Under the pieces are notes generated by a model. The model saw only the letters and a list, made by a program, of their open reading frames with translations, searched no databases and was not told the origin of the DNA. Shown here one piece after another: positions 1-7,074 of a DNA stretch of 9,135 bases. Numbering within the stretch: the first letter of the stretch is position 1; each line of letters opens with the position of its first letter. Origin of the DNA: a virus (lineage: Duplodnaviria > Heunggongvirae > Uroviricota > Caudoviricetes); the IMG/VR virus record IMGVR_UViG_2627853765_000006, positions 1-9,135 of that record. The stretch is one strand, 5' to 3'. Made by a program: the position numbers and the translations under genes.

Positions 1-1254
1 ATGCTGGAACAAATGGGCATTGCCGCGAAGCAAGCCTCGTATAAATTAGCGCAACTCTCCAGCCGCGAAAAAAATCGCGTGCTGGAAAAAATCGCCGATG
101 AACTGGAAGCACAAAGCGAAATCATCCTCAACGCTAACGCCCAGGATGTTGCTGACGCGCGAGCCAATGGCCTTAGCGAAGCGATGCTTGACCGTCTGGC
201 ACTGACGCCCGCACGGCTGAAAGGCATTGCCGACGATGTACGTCAGGTGTGCAACCTCGCCGATCCGGTGGGGCAGGTAATCGATGGCGGCGTACTGGAC
301 AGCGGCCTGCGTCTTGAGCGTCGTCGCGTACCGCTGGGGGTTATTGGCGTGATTTATGAAGCGCGCCCGAACGTGACGGTTGATGTCGCTTCGCTGTGCC
401 TGAAAACCGGTAATGCGGTGATCCTGCGCGGTGGCAAAGAAACGTGTCGCACTAACGCTGCAACGGTGGCGGTGATTCAGGACGCCCTGAAATCCTGCGG
501 CTTACCGGCGGGTGCCGTGCAGGCGATTGATAATCCTGACCGTGCGCTGGTCAGTGAAATGCTGCGTATGGATAAATACATCGACATGCTGATCCCGCGT
601 GGTGGCGCTGGTTTGCATAAACTGTGCCGTGAACAGTCGACAATCCCGGTGATCACAGGTGGTATAGGCGTATGCCATATTTACGTTGATGAAAGTGTAG
701 AGATCGCTGAAGCATTAAAAGTGATCGTCAACGCGAAAACTCAGCGTCCGAGCACATGTAATACGGTTGAAACGTTGCTGGTGAATAAAAACATCGCCGA
801 TAGCTTCCTGCCCGCATTAAGCAAACAAATGGCGGAAAGCGGCGTGACATTACACGCAGATGCAGCTGCACTGGCGCAGTTGCAGGCAGGCCCTGCGAAG
901 GTGGTTGCTGTTAAAGCCGAAGAGTATGACGATGAGTTTCTGTCATTAGATTTGAACGTCAAAATCGTCAGCGATCTTGACGATGCCATCGCCCATATTC
1001 GTGAACACGGCACACAACACTCCGATGCGATCCTGACCTGCGATATGCGCAACGCCCAGCGTTTTGTTAACGAAGTGGATTCGTCCGCTGTTTACGTTAA
1101 CGCCTCTACGCGTTTTACTGACGGCGGCCAGTTTGGTCTGGGTGCGGAAGTGGCGGTAAGCACACAAAAACTCCACGCGCGTGGCCCAATGGGGCTGGAA
1201 GCACTGACCACTTACAAGTGGATCGGCATTGGTGATTACACCATTCGTGCGTAA
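1..1254 (+). CDS. proA: gamma-glutamyl phosphate reductase (glutamate-5-semialdehyde dehydrogenase)
   Basis: 417-aa ORF ending at TAA 1252-1254; translation ([43 protein letters not shown]...) matches enterobacterial ProA as I recall it, and the gene lies immediately upstream of thrW as in E. coli. Confidence 0.95.
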   Translation: MLEQMGIAAKQASYKLAQLSSREKNRVLEKIADELEAQSEIILNANAQDVADARANGLSEAMLDRLALTPARLKGIADDVRQVCNLADPVGQVIDGGVLDSGLRLERRRVPLGVIGVIYEARPNVTVDVASLCLKTGNAVILRGGKETCRTNAATVAVIQDALKSCGLPAGAVQAIDNPDRALVSEMLRMDKYIDMLIPRGGAGLHKLCREQSTIPVITGGIGVCHIYVDESVEIAEALKVIVNAKTQRPSTCNTVETLLVNKNIADSFLPALSKQMAESGVTLHADAAALAQLQAGPAKVVAVKAEEYDDEFLSLDLNVKIVSDLDDAIAHIREHGTQHSDAILTCDMRNAQRFVNEVDSSAVYVNASTRFTDGGQFGLGAEVAVSTQKLHARGPMGLEALTTYKWIGIGDYTIRA

Positions 1255-1368
1255 ATAAAACCGGGTGATGCAAAAGTAGCCATTTGATTCACAAGGCCAT
1301 TGACGCATCGCCCGGTTAGTTTTAACCTTGTCCACCGTGATTCACGTTCGTGAACATGTCCTTTCAGG

Positions 1369-1444
1369 GCCGATATAGCTCAGTTGGTAGAGCAGCGCAT
1401 TCGTAATGCGAAGGTCGTAGGTTCGACTCCTATTATCGGCACCA
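1369..1444 (+). tRNA. thrW: tRNA-Thr (anticodon CGT)
   Basis: 76-nt sequence GCCGATATAGCTCAGTTGGTAGAGCAGCGCATTCGTAATGCGAAGGTCGTAGGTTCGACTCCTATTATCGGCACCA with cloverleaf-compatible arms, anticodon CGT at 1402-1404 and 3' CCA. Confidence 0.92.
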
Positions 1445-1458
1445 TTTAAATCAATAAG

Positions 1459-1930
1459 TTACACATCATTAGTACGTTCCTTATTTCTTGACTGGGACAA
1501 ATTTGGGACCGATGGGTTCAGAATCGAGTCTATTTGCCGTGCGTGTTCGGTAAGGTGATTAGGTGCGAGGTGAGCATATCGACGAACCATTTCGATAGAC
1601 TCCCAGCCTCCCATTTCCTGTAACACTGATAACGGGACTCCGGCCTGAACCAGCCAACTTGCCCAGGTGTGTCTCAAGTCGTGAAATCTGAAATCATCAA
1701 TACCTGCTCGTCTCAGCGCCGCTTTCCAGGCTGTGTTTGCGTCATACCGCATCTTCCTGACTGTTGGCGCTTTCGTTCCGTCTGGTTTGGTACAGCTTTC
1801 CTTATACACAAATACCCAACGGTGATGATTCCCGATTTGTTTTTTCAATACGCGACATGCAGTATCATTCAGCGCAACGCCAATTGCGCGGTTTGATTTA
1901 CTCTCTTCCGGGTTTATCCATGCCACCCGG
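1459..1930 (-). pseudogene. phage tyrosine integrase, C-terminal catalytic fragment (5' end removed at the IS600 boundary)
   Basis: Minus-strand ORF with tyrosine-recombinase motifs ([39 protein letters not shown]: HxxR box and catalytic Tyr). The ORF-track start codon at 1960-1962 lies inside the IS, so the N-terminal domain is missing. 3' end is 14 bp from thrW, as expected for a tRNA-integrated element. Confidence 0.8.
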
Positions 1931-1973
1931 TGAGGTGTACTGGCAATAGCGGACACTACCATTTGTTCTTTTT

Positions 1974-2792
1974 TTAAGCAGCCATCTGATGATATTTTTC
2001 CCTGAAGGCTGCCGGGGAGATATTCCCCAGACGAGAGTGACGACGCTGACGATTGTAGAAAATCTCAATGTATTCCCGTATTACTGAGATGGCTTCATCC
2101 CGGTTATTAAAACGATAGTGGCTCAGGCTCTCATTTTTCAGCGTTCCCCAGAAGCTTTCCATCGGAGCGTTGTCGTAACAGTGACCTTTACGCGACATTG
2201 ATGTTTTCAGACCAGACTGCTCCTGTATGACCCGGTAATCGTATGCGCAGTACTGTGAACCTCGATCAGAGTGGTGGATTAGCCCGGCAGGTGGGCGCTG
2301 GCTCCTGAGCGCCATAAACAGGGCTTTACCTGTCAGCTCTTTTGTCATGCGCTCTCCCATGGCGTAGCCGACAATTTCGCACGTATAAACATCTTTGATG
2401 CCAGCGAGGTACAACCATCCCTCCTGTGTGGCAACATACGTCAGGTCCGCCACCCAGACCTGATTTGGTGCTGTAGGAGCGAACGTCTGGTTCAGCAGAT
2501 TTGGCGCAACTGGCAGATTGTGGTTCGGGTTCGTAGTCGCTCTGAACTTGCGTTTCTGCTTACAGCGTAGCCTTAGCTCCTTACGAAGACGTGCCAGTCG
2601 GTCACGACCAACGATGATGCCATTCTCTGCCAGCTCCGTCTGGAGCCGCCGGGTTCCATATGTTTCGCGAGTGCGGATATGTGCCACCTTAATCTCCAGT
2701 TTTAGCCGCTCATCACTTTGTTTTCTGTCTGAGGGTTCATGCTGTACCCAGTTGTAATAACCGCTCCTGGATACACCAAATACCTGACACAT
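1974..2792 (-). CDS. IS3-family transposase OrfB (IS600-like), DDE domain; probably expressed as an OrfAB fusion by -1 frameshift
   Basis: 272-aa ORF with integrase-core motifs (…HSDRGSQY…, …[17 protein letters not shown]…) typical of IS3-family OrfB; lies downstream of orfA inside the IS. Confidence 0.85.
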   Translation of the reverse strand: MCQVFGVSRSGYYNWVQHEPSDRKQSDERLKLEIKVAHIRTRETYGTRRLQTELAENGIIVGRDRLARLRKELRLRCKQKRKFRATTNPNHNLPVAPNLLNQTFAPTAPNQVWVADLTYVATQEGWLYLAGIKDVYTCEIVGYAMGERMTKELTGKALFMALRSQRPPAGLIHHSDRGSQYCAYDYRVIQEQSGLKTSMSRKGHCYDNAPMESFWGTLKNESLSHYRFNNRDEAISVIREYIEIFYNRQRRHSRLGNISPAAFREKYHQMAA

Positions 2793-2827
2793 CGCTTCAA
2801 TGGGAAATTGTTGTCGCCATTGTTCGA

Positions 2828-3130
2828 TTAACGCGTATTTTTCAGCGACTCCTGTGCAAAATACGCTGTTGCTTTTTTTAATATATCTCGCTCAAGGCGA
2901 GCTTCATTTAACGCCTTACGCAGTTGCAGAATTTCAGATTCCAGTTCAGCCACCGTGCGGGAACCAGGAGTACCGAGCCCTTTTCTGGCGGCGGTAACCC
3001 ATTGTCCTAAAGTGCCTTCAGGAAGGGATAATCGGGAAGCGCCTTCACTGATCGAAAGTTGATTTTCAAGAACCGTTCTGACAGCTTCGGCTTTGAACTC
3101 TTTAGAGTAACGTTGGTTTTTTCTGCTCAT
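2828..3130 (-). CDS. IS3-family transposase OrfA (IS600-like), HTH and leucine-zipper
   Basis: 100-aa ORF MSRKNQRYSKEFKAEAVRTVLENQLSISEGASRLSLPEGTLGQWV… matching IS600 OrfA as I recall it; positioned at the IRL-proximal end of the IS. Confidence 0.85.
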   Translation of the reverse strand: MSRKNQRYSKEFKAEAVRTVLENQLSISEGASRLSLPEGTLGQWVTAARKGLGTPGSRTVAELESEILQLRKALNEARLERDILKKATAYFAQESLKNTR

Positions 3131-3194
3131 TATTAGCTCCTTCTGATGCCATTCTATTTCAGGAAGGAGTGTCCGTTAAACTCAGGCTACCTCA

Positions 3195-3434
3195 GCGGTT
3201 ACCCTGGCGACGCGCCTTACGCGTTAACCAGCCTTCTGCTTCCAGCCGTGCGATAGCCGTTCTGACGGTACTCATCCCCGCGCCAATCTGACGGGCAATG
3301 GTTTCAATTGATGGCCAGCACACACCTTCGTCATTACTGAAATCAGCCAGGCGGGCCATAATTGCCACGCTGGATAACTTCATGCCTGATGCAGCGCAAC
3401 CATCCCATACATAGCCGGTTAATTTAGTGCTCAT
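3195..3434 (-). pseudogene. lambdoid replication-initiation protein (O-like), N-terminal winged-helix fragment, truncated by IS600
   Basis: 80 codons (MSTKLTGYVWDGCAASGMKLSSVAIMARLADFSNDEGVCWPSIETIARQIGAGMSTVRTAIARLEAEGWL…) with the C-W-P-S…IA…G-S-RTV…AI..LE..GWL pattern of HTH_36-type N-domains of phage replication initiators. The frame runs into the IS600 end, which supplies the stop (3192-3194). Confidence 0.6.
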
Positions 3435-3443
3435 GACCGACCT

Positions 3444-3782
3444 CTATTTCCCTGAATTTACGACGAAACTGTTCGAGCGGACTGAAGCATTCATGCTCAT
3501 AACCTCCGCGGAGGTAGATAACCCGCTGTGTTTCCGGCTCCCAACGAATGACTCTGACGGGCACTCCGTAGTGATCTTTGAACCAGCGGTTAACTTGTCG
3601 CAAAGGACTGTCTCCTTCTGCCGGTTGAAATCACCCACAGCCCACTCTGCAAAGCTGTGGGTTACAATTTCCCTGTCACCTGGTACATTCACTGCATAGC
3701 AATATTTCACCTTCGCTTTTCCACCCGGTACAGAAAGCGCAATCAGTTGCGAGCGACGGTAGTGTGTTGTTAAACTGTTCAT
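3444..3782 (-). CDS. hypothetical prophage protein, probably frameshifted (protein-like continuation in the -1 frame to 3424)
   Basis: 112-aa ORF whose ATG (3780-3782) overlaps the stop of the upstream CII-like gene (ATGA). Its C-terminal half is Ser-rich and low-complexity, whereas the -1 frame over 3424..3630 reads …[64 protein letters not shown]. Confidence 0.4.
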   Translation of the reverse strand: MNSLTTHYRRSQLIALSVPGGKAKVKYCYAVNVPGDREIVTHSFAEWAVGDFNRQKETVLCDKLTAGSKITTECPSESFVGSRKHSGLSTSAEVMSMNASVRSNSFVVNSGK

Positions 3783-4348
3783 GCGTTAGTTTCTCCACAA
3801 CCAGAAGCAATCGACGCCACGACGCCCGGAGCTGCACACTCGCGGGCGTCATTACTTTCTGAAATGCAAAAAATTTTGTAGACAAGTGCTGCATGCTCCT
3901 GCAGCTTCGAAATTGAGAGATACAGCTCGTCGTTAATTGCTGTCTTCTCATGCGGTTCCACTACACCGTCTTCGATTGCTGAACGAATCTGTTTTGAATA
4001 ACTGCCGATCTGTTCAATGACTTCCAGCAGACGCTGGTTAATATCGGCGTTGTCCACATCCTCGATGTCAGGAAGAGACACAAAGACGCCATTTGCAGAC
4101 TGCGCCACAGCATCAGCAATGAAGTGAGTGCCACCAGCACGCTGTAAAACCATTGCCCATCCCAGCGGGAAAATCTGATCGCCATCTGCACGAAGGCGGT
4201 TGAATAAAGCGTTTTCTGTTACATCGAGCCAGTCAGCCGCTTCAGCGTAACCACCCGGCAACTTTGCGATAGTTTTTCTGACAGCTTTCACGTACCACTC
4301 AGGCTGTTTTTCTATTTTCCAGTGATGCTTACCCACGATTAGCCTCAT
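3779..4348 (-). CDS. phage regulatory protein, CII-like (YdaT-type) downstream of cro
   Basis: 189-aa ORF directly downstream of the Cro-like gene on the same strand, with an N-terminal HTH-like segment ([27 protein letters not shown]). Position and size fit the YdaS/YdaT (Cro/CII-analogue) pair of Rac-type prophages; family assignment is from memory. Confidence 0.55.
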   Translation of the reverse strand: MRLIVGKHHWKIEKQPEWYVKAVRKTIAKLPGGYAEAADWLDVTENALFNRLRADGDQIFPLGWAMVLQRAGGTHFIADAVAQSANGVFVSLPDIEDVDNADINQRLLEVIEQIGSYSKQIRSAIEDGVVEPHEKTAINDELYLSISKLQEHAALVYKIFCISESNDARECAAPGVVASIASGCGETNA

Positions 4349-4379
4349 CGTTCTGTGGTTAAAAATTGAAAGTGTTCTG

Positions 4380-4580
4380 CTAATCTTTCGGATAGATATC
4401 CGGTCTTAAGTCAGATTTCGTAATTGCACCTGACGTGCATTGCTCAAGTTTTTTAGCCAGCACAAAACTGGCTTTTTTATAGCCATTGAAAACCAGCCGT
4501 AAGTAGCCTTGTGTTGAGCCAACTTTTCCGGCCAACTCACCCTGCTGTTCTTTGGTTAAAGAGTCCCAATACGCTTTCAT
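4380..4580 (-). CDS. Cro-like HTH regulator (YdaS-like)
   Basis: Preferred start is the ATG at 4578-4580, preceded by GGAGG about 10 nt upstream; the longer ORF-track version (to 4883) runs antisense through cI. The 66-aa product MKAYWDSLTKEQQGELAGKVGSTQGYLRLVFNGYKKASFVLAKKLEQCTSGAITKSDLRPDIYPKD has an HTH and the C-terminal RPD(I/V) motif of YdaS-type Cro proteins; divergent from cI. Confidence 0.65.
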   Translation of the reverse strand: MKAYWDSLTKEQQGELAGKVGSTQGYLRLVFNGYKKASFVLAKKLEQCTSGAITKSDLRPDIYPKD

Positions 4581-4583
4581 ACA

Positions 4584-4656
4584 ATATGTACCTCCAGCGT
4601 ACATATTACATGATTGAAATGAACCTTCACGATACTTGTACCTTAGCGGTACAAGG
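4584..4656. promoter_or_regulatory. OR-like operator/promoter region: two 23-bp palindromic operators (9-5-9) between divergent cI and cro
   Basis: O1 4584-4606 ATATGTACC-tccag-CGTACATAT and O2 4634-4656 ACTTGTACC-ttagc-GGTACAAGG; half-site consensus A(T/C)(A/T)TGTACC; centres 50 bp apart. O1 overlaps a minus-strand TAATAT -10 upstream of cro; O2 overlaps a TTGTAC -35-like element, with TTTAAT (4658-4663) just before the cI ATG, suggesting a leaderless cI transcript. Confidence 0.5.
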
Positions 4657-4670
4657 GTTTTAATTTCGTT

Positions 4671-5345
4671 ATGAAAACAATCCATGACATCCGGCGGTCT
4701 AACGCCAGAAAACTGAGAGATGGTGTTGGCGGGAATTCTTCCTTTGCCACTATGATTGATCGCGAGCCAACCCAGACCAGCAGGTTTATGGGAGATGGTG
4801 CTACTAAAAATATCGGTGACAGCATGGCACGACACATTGAAAAATGTTTCGACCTGCCTATCGGATGGCTCGATCAAGAACACCAGACAACGAACATCAC
4901 AAAAAAACCTGATGTTTCAATCACTAACAAACAAATAACGTTAGTCCCTGTCATATCATGGGTACAGGCCGGAGCATGGAAAGAAGTTGGCTATTCTGAG
5001 GTTGATTTGAGCACAGCAGAAACTTATCCCTGCCCTGTACCCTGTGGCGAAATGACTTATATCTTGCGGGTGATTGGTGATTCAATGATTGATGAGTACC
5101 GTCCGGGAGACATGATTTTTGTTGATCCTGAAGTCCCTGCTTGCCACGGTGACGACGTTATTGCGTTGATGCACGATACAGGCGAAACCACCTTCAAGCG
5201 ATTGATAGAAGATGGAACACAGCGTTATCTCAAAGCATTACACCCAAACTGGCCTGAGCCCTACATTAAGATTAACGGTAATTGCTCTATAATTGGCACT
5301 GTGATTTTCTCGGGAAAACCAAGAAGATACAAAATAAAGGCCTAA
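4671..5345 (+). CDS. CI-like phage repressor with C-terminal S24 (LexA-type) autopeptidase domain
   Basis: 224-aa ORF with an N-terminal HTH-like region (…IGDSMARHIEKCFDLPIGWLD) and a C-terminal S24 domain carrying the Ser (GDSM) and Lys (TFKRL) dyad; divergent from the cro-like gene across the operators. Confidence 0.85.
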   Translation: MKTIHDIRRSNARKLRDGVGGNSSFATMIDREPTQTSRFMGDGATKNIGDSMARHIEKCFDLPIGWLDQEHQTTNITKKPDVSITNKQITLVPVISWVQAGAWKEVGYSEVDLSTAETYPCPVPCGEMTYILRVIGDSMIDEYRPGDMIFVDPEVPACHGDDVIALMHDTGETTFKRLIEDGTQRYLKALHPNWPEPYIKINGNCSIIGTVIFSGKPRRYKIKA

Positions 5346-5357
5346 TCAATATTTATG

Positions 5358-5380
5358 AACCTGCTTCGGCAGGTTTTTTT
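5358..5380 (+). terminator. intrinsic (rho-independent) terminator downstream of cI
   Basis: AACCTGC-TTCG-GCAGGTT hairpin (7-bp stem, UUCG tetraloop) followed by a run of 7 T, 13 bp after the cI stop. Confidence 0.75.
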
Positions 5381-5381
5381 A

Positions 5382-5418
5382 TACATTGACAATGTACCCC
5401 ATGGACACACAATGTACC
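5382..5418 (+). promoter_or_regulatory. putative PL/OL-like region: operator-like repeats overlapping a -35 TTGACA
   Basis: Palindrome TACATTGACAATGTA (5382-5396) and two direct copies of ACAATGTACC (5389-5398, 5409-5418, 20 bp apart) sharing the TGTACC core of the OR half-sites; TTGACA at 5386-5391 with a weak -10 CACAAT (5408-5413) after a 16-bp spacer. Confidence 0.3.
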
Positions 5419-5518
5419 AAAACGAAACAACAAACAGGCAGGATGCCCACGAAGTAGCCGCCTGGGGCATATGAAGTCCAAGATGATTCGTTAGCAACAA
5501 AACGCCCATAGGACGCTT

Positions 5519-5531
5519 CGCTCTTTAACAA
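5519..5531 (+). promoter_or_regulatory. boxA-like antitermination motif (rrn/nut type)
   Basis: CGCTCTTTAACAA on the + strand about 100 nt downstream of the putative PL; matches the boxA consensus (rrn TGCTCTTTAACAA; lambda nut CGCTCTTA). Flanked by the inverted repeat GACGCT (5512-5517) / AGCGTC (5545-5550). Confidence 0.45.
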
Positions 5532-5835
5532 TTTGAATATTTTCAGCGTCAATGATCTGTTTAGCTCCCTACAAGTAAATGTAGCGTAGCACCATGATAA
5601 ATCCTGCTAGTGTTTAGTTAAAAATCGCGCGAGAGCAAGAACGATGTGAGGGCAGGCAATACTGATAGTGTTATTGCTATTAGTTTATCAAAAATATTTA
5701 GACGACCCAGATGAATATTTTTAATACATACTCCCCCTAATTTAACAGGAGTAAATGTTGATGAATAACGAGACATCTATACTCAACAATTGTATGATAT
5801 GAACAATTATATAACATAATGTAGGAAAAATAAAA

Positions 5836-5970
5836 ATGGATTGGCATGACCTTATATCAAAGGTAATTATCGGACTTGTTACAGGCTCAATCGCAGCTTA
5901 CTTAACTGCGCGATATGCACTCGGCCGTTATTATAAAGAAAAATGGTGGGACAAAAGAATAGATTTGTAG
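5836..5970 (+). CDS. small predicted membrane protein (44 aa), possibly truncated by IS1
   Basis: ATG at 5836 preceded by AGGA about 9 nt upstream; MDWHDLISKVIIGLVTGSIAAYLTARYALGRYYKEKWWDKRIDL has one hydrophobic helix followed by a basic/aromatic tail. The stop TAG (5968-5970) uses the first G of the IS1 terminus, so the native C-terminus is unknown. Confidence 0.3.
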   Translation: MDWHDLISKVIIGLVTGSIAAYLTARYALGRYYKEKWWDKRIDL

Positions 5971-6024
5971 GTGATGCTGCCAACTTACTGATTTAGTGTA
6001 TGATGGTGTTTTTGAGGTGCTCCA

Positions 6025-6300
6025 GTGGCTTCTGTTTCTATCAGCTGTCCCTCCTGTTCAGCTACTGACGGGGTGGTGCGTAACGGCAAAAGCACTGCCG
6101 GACATCAGCGCTATCTCTGCTCTCACTGCCGTAAAACATGGCAACTGCAGTTCACTTACACCGCTTCTCAACCCGGTACGCACCAGAAAATTATTGATAT
6201 GGCCATGAATGGCGTTGGATGCCGGGCAACTGCACGCATTATGGGCGTTAGCCTCAACACGATTTTACGTCACTTAAAAAACTCAGGCCGCAGTCGGTAA
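6025..6300 (+). CDS. insA: IS1 InsA (transposition inhibitor/DNA-binding protein)
   Basis: 91-aa ORF (GTG start) [43 protein letters not shown]… matching IS1 InsA. Confidence 0.9.
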   Translation: MASVSISCPSCSATDGVVRNGKSTAGHQRYLCSHCRKTWQLQFTYTASQPGTHQKIIDMAMNGVGCRATARIMGVSLNTILRHLKNSGRSR

Positions 6301-6344
6301 CCTCGCGCATACAGCCGGGCAGTGACGTCATCGTCTGCGCGGAA

Positions 6345-6722
6345 ATGGACGAACAGTGGGGATACGTCGGGGCTAAATCGCGCCAGCGCTGGCTGTTTTA
6401 CGCGTATGACAGGCTCCGGAAGACGGTTGTTGCGCACGTATTCGGTGAACGCACTATGGCGACGCTGGGGCGTCTTATGAGCTTGCTGTCACCCTTTGAC
6501 GTGGTGATATGGATGACGGATGGCTGGCCACTGTATGAATCCCGCCTGAAGGGAAAGCTGCACGTAATCAGCAAGCGATATACGCAGCGAATTGAGCGGC
6601 ATAACCTGAATCTGAGGCAGCACCTGGCACGGCTGGGACGGAAGTCGCTGTCGTTCTCAAAATCGGTGGAGCTGCATGACAAAGTCATCGGGCATTATCT
6701 GAACATAAAACACTATCAATAA
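6345..6722 (+). CDS. insB: IS1 InsB (transposase domain; normally made as InsAB' by -1 frameshift from insA)
   Basis: ORF …[110 protein letters not shown] matching IS1 InsB. The ORF-track start is the first in-frame ATG; the true frame opens upstream within the 3' end of insA. Confidence 0.8.
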
Positions 6723-6737
6723 GTTGGAGTCATTACC

Positions 6738-7074
6738 CAGACGGCGTACCACACAGGAAAAGATCGCAATTGTTCAGCAGAGCTTTGAACCGGGGATGAC
6801 GGTCTCCCTCGTTGCCCGGCAACATGGTGTAGCAGCCAGCCAGTTATTTCTCTGGCGTAAGCAATACCAGGAAGGAAGTCTTACTGCTGTGGCCGCCGGA
6901 GAACAGGTTGTTCCTGCCTCTGAACTTGCTGCCGCCATGAAGCAGATTAAAGAACTCCAGCGCCTGCTCGGCAAGAAAACGATGGAAAATGAACTCCTCA
7001 AAGAAGCCGTTGAATATGGACGGGCAAAAAAGTGGATAGCGCACGCGCCCTTATTGCCCGGGGATGGGGAGTAA
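6738..7074 (+). pseudogene. insC: IS2 InsC (OrfA), N-terminally truncated at the IS1 junction
   Basis: …[111 protein letters not shown] matches IS2 InsC from about residue 10; the apparent TTG start at 6724 and first residues MESLP come from the IS1 terminus. Confidence 0.8.

Larger units (their letters stand above)
1931..3194 (-). mobile_element. IS600-like insertion sequence (IS3 family), apparently complete, 1264 bp
   Basis: Terminal inverted repeats TGAGGTGTACTGGCAATAGCGGACAC (1931..) and the reverse complement of TGAGGTAGCCTGAGTTTAACGGAC (..3194), enclosing orfA and orfB in IS3-family arrangement. Flanks (cgg / gcg) are not a 3-bp target duplication. Confidence 0.8.
5970..6737 (+). mobile_element. 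IS1, complete (768 bp)
   Basis: Begins GGTGATGCTGCCAACTTACTGAT and ends …AAGTTGGAGTCATTACC; encodes InsA and InsB in canonical arrangement. Not flanked by a direct target duplication (right flank is IS2 sequence). Confidence 0.9.

Noticed and set aside
741-1335. Minus-strand ORFs 741..1052 and 946..1335 overlapping proA
   Set aside because: They lie antisense within a confidently identified conserved gene, have no RBS or recognisable motifs, and are typical spurious ORFs in GC-rich coding sequence.
1669-1949. Plus-strand ORFs 1669..1896 and 1764..1949 inside the integrase fragment
   Set aside because: Antisense to the integrase catalytic domain; Cys/Ser-rich, low-complexity translations; no independent support.
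1931-1962. N-terminal 11 residues ([11 protein letters not shown]) of the ORF-track integrase entry
   Set aside because: Encoded by the IS600 terminus, not by integrase; an ORF-caller artefact of the IS junction. Only 1459..1930 is integrase-derived.
2518-2997. Plus-strand ORFs 2518..2757 and 2800..2997 inside IS600
   Set aside because: Antisense to orfB/orfA of the IS; no homology features.
3601-3660. Programmed -1 ribosomal frameshifting in orfX
   Set aside because: An internal AAGGAG is present but I found no X XXY YYZ slippery heptamer at the frame transition; a mutational frameshift or an overlapping gene is more parsimonious.
3427-4191. ORFs 3427..3699 (+), 3676..3951 (-) and 3961..4191 (-)
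   Set aside because: Overlap the O-like, orfX and CII-like genes in other frames or on the opposite strand; low-complexity translations.
4581-4883. N-terminal 101 residues of ORF 4380..4883 (-), and ORFs 4643..4837 (-) and 4756..4938 (+)
   Set aside because: The extension of the cro-like ORF runs through the operator region and antisense into cI; the start at 4580 with an RBS is preferred. The other two are out-of-frame or antisense overlaps with cI.
5381-5470. 43-codon minus-strand ORF starting at 5468-5470 and reading through the putative OL region and the cI terminator
   Set aside because: No RBS, reads across a terminator hairpin and operator repeats; implausible as a gene.
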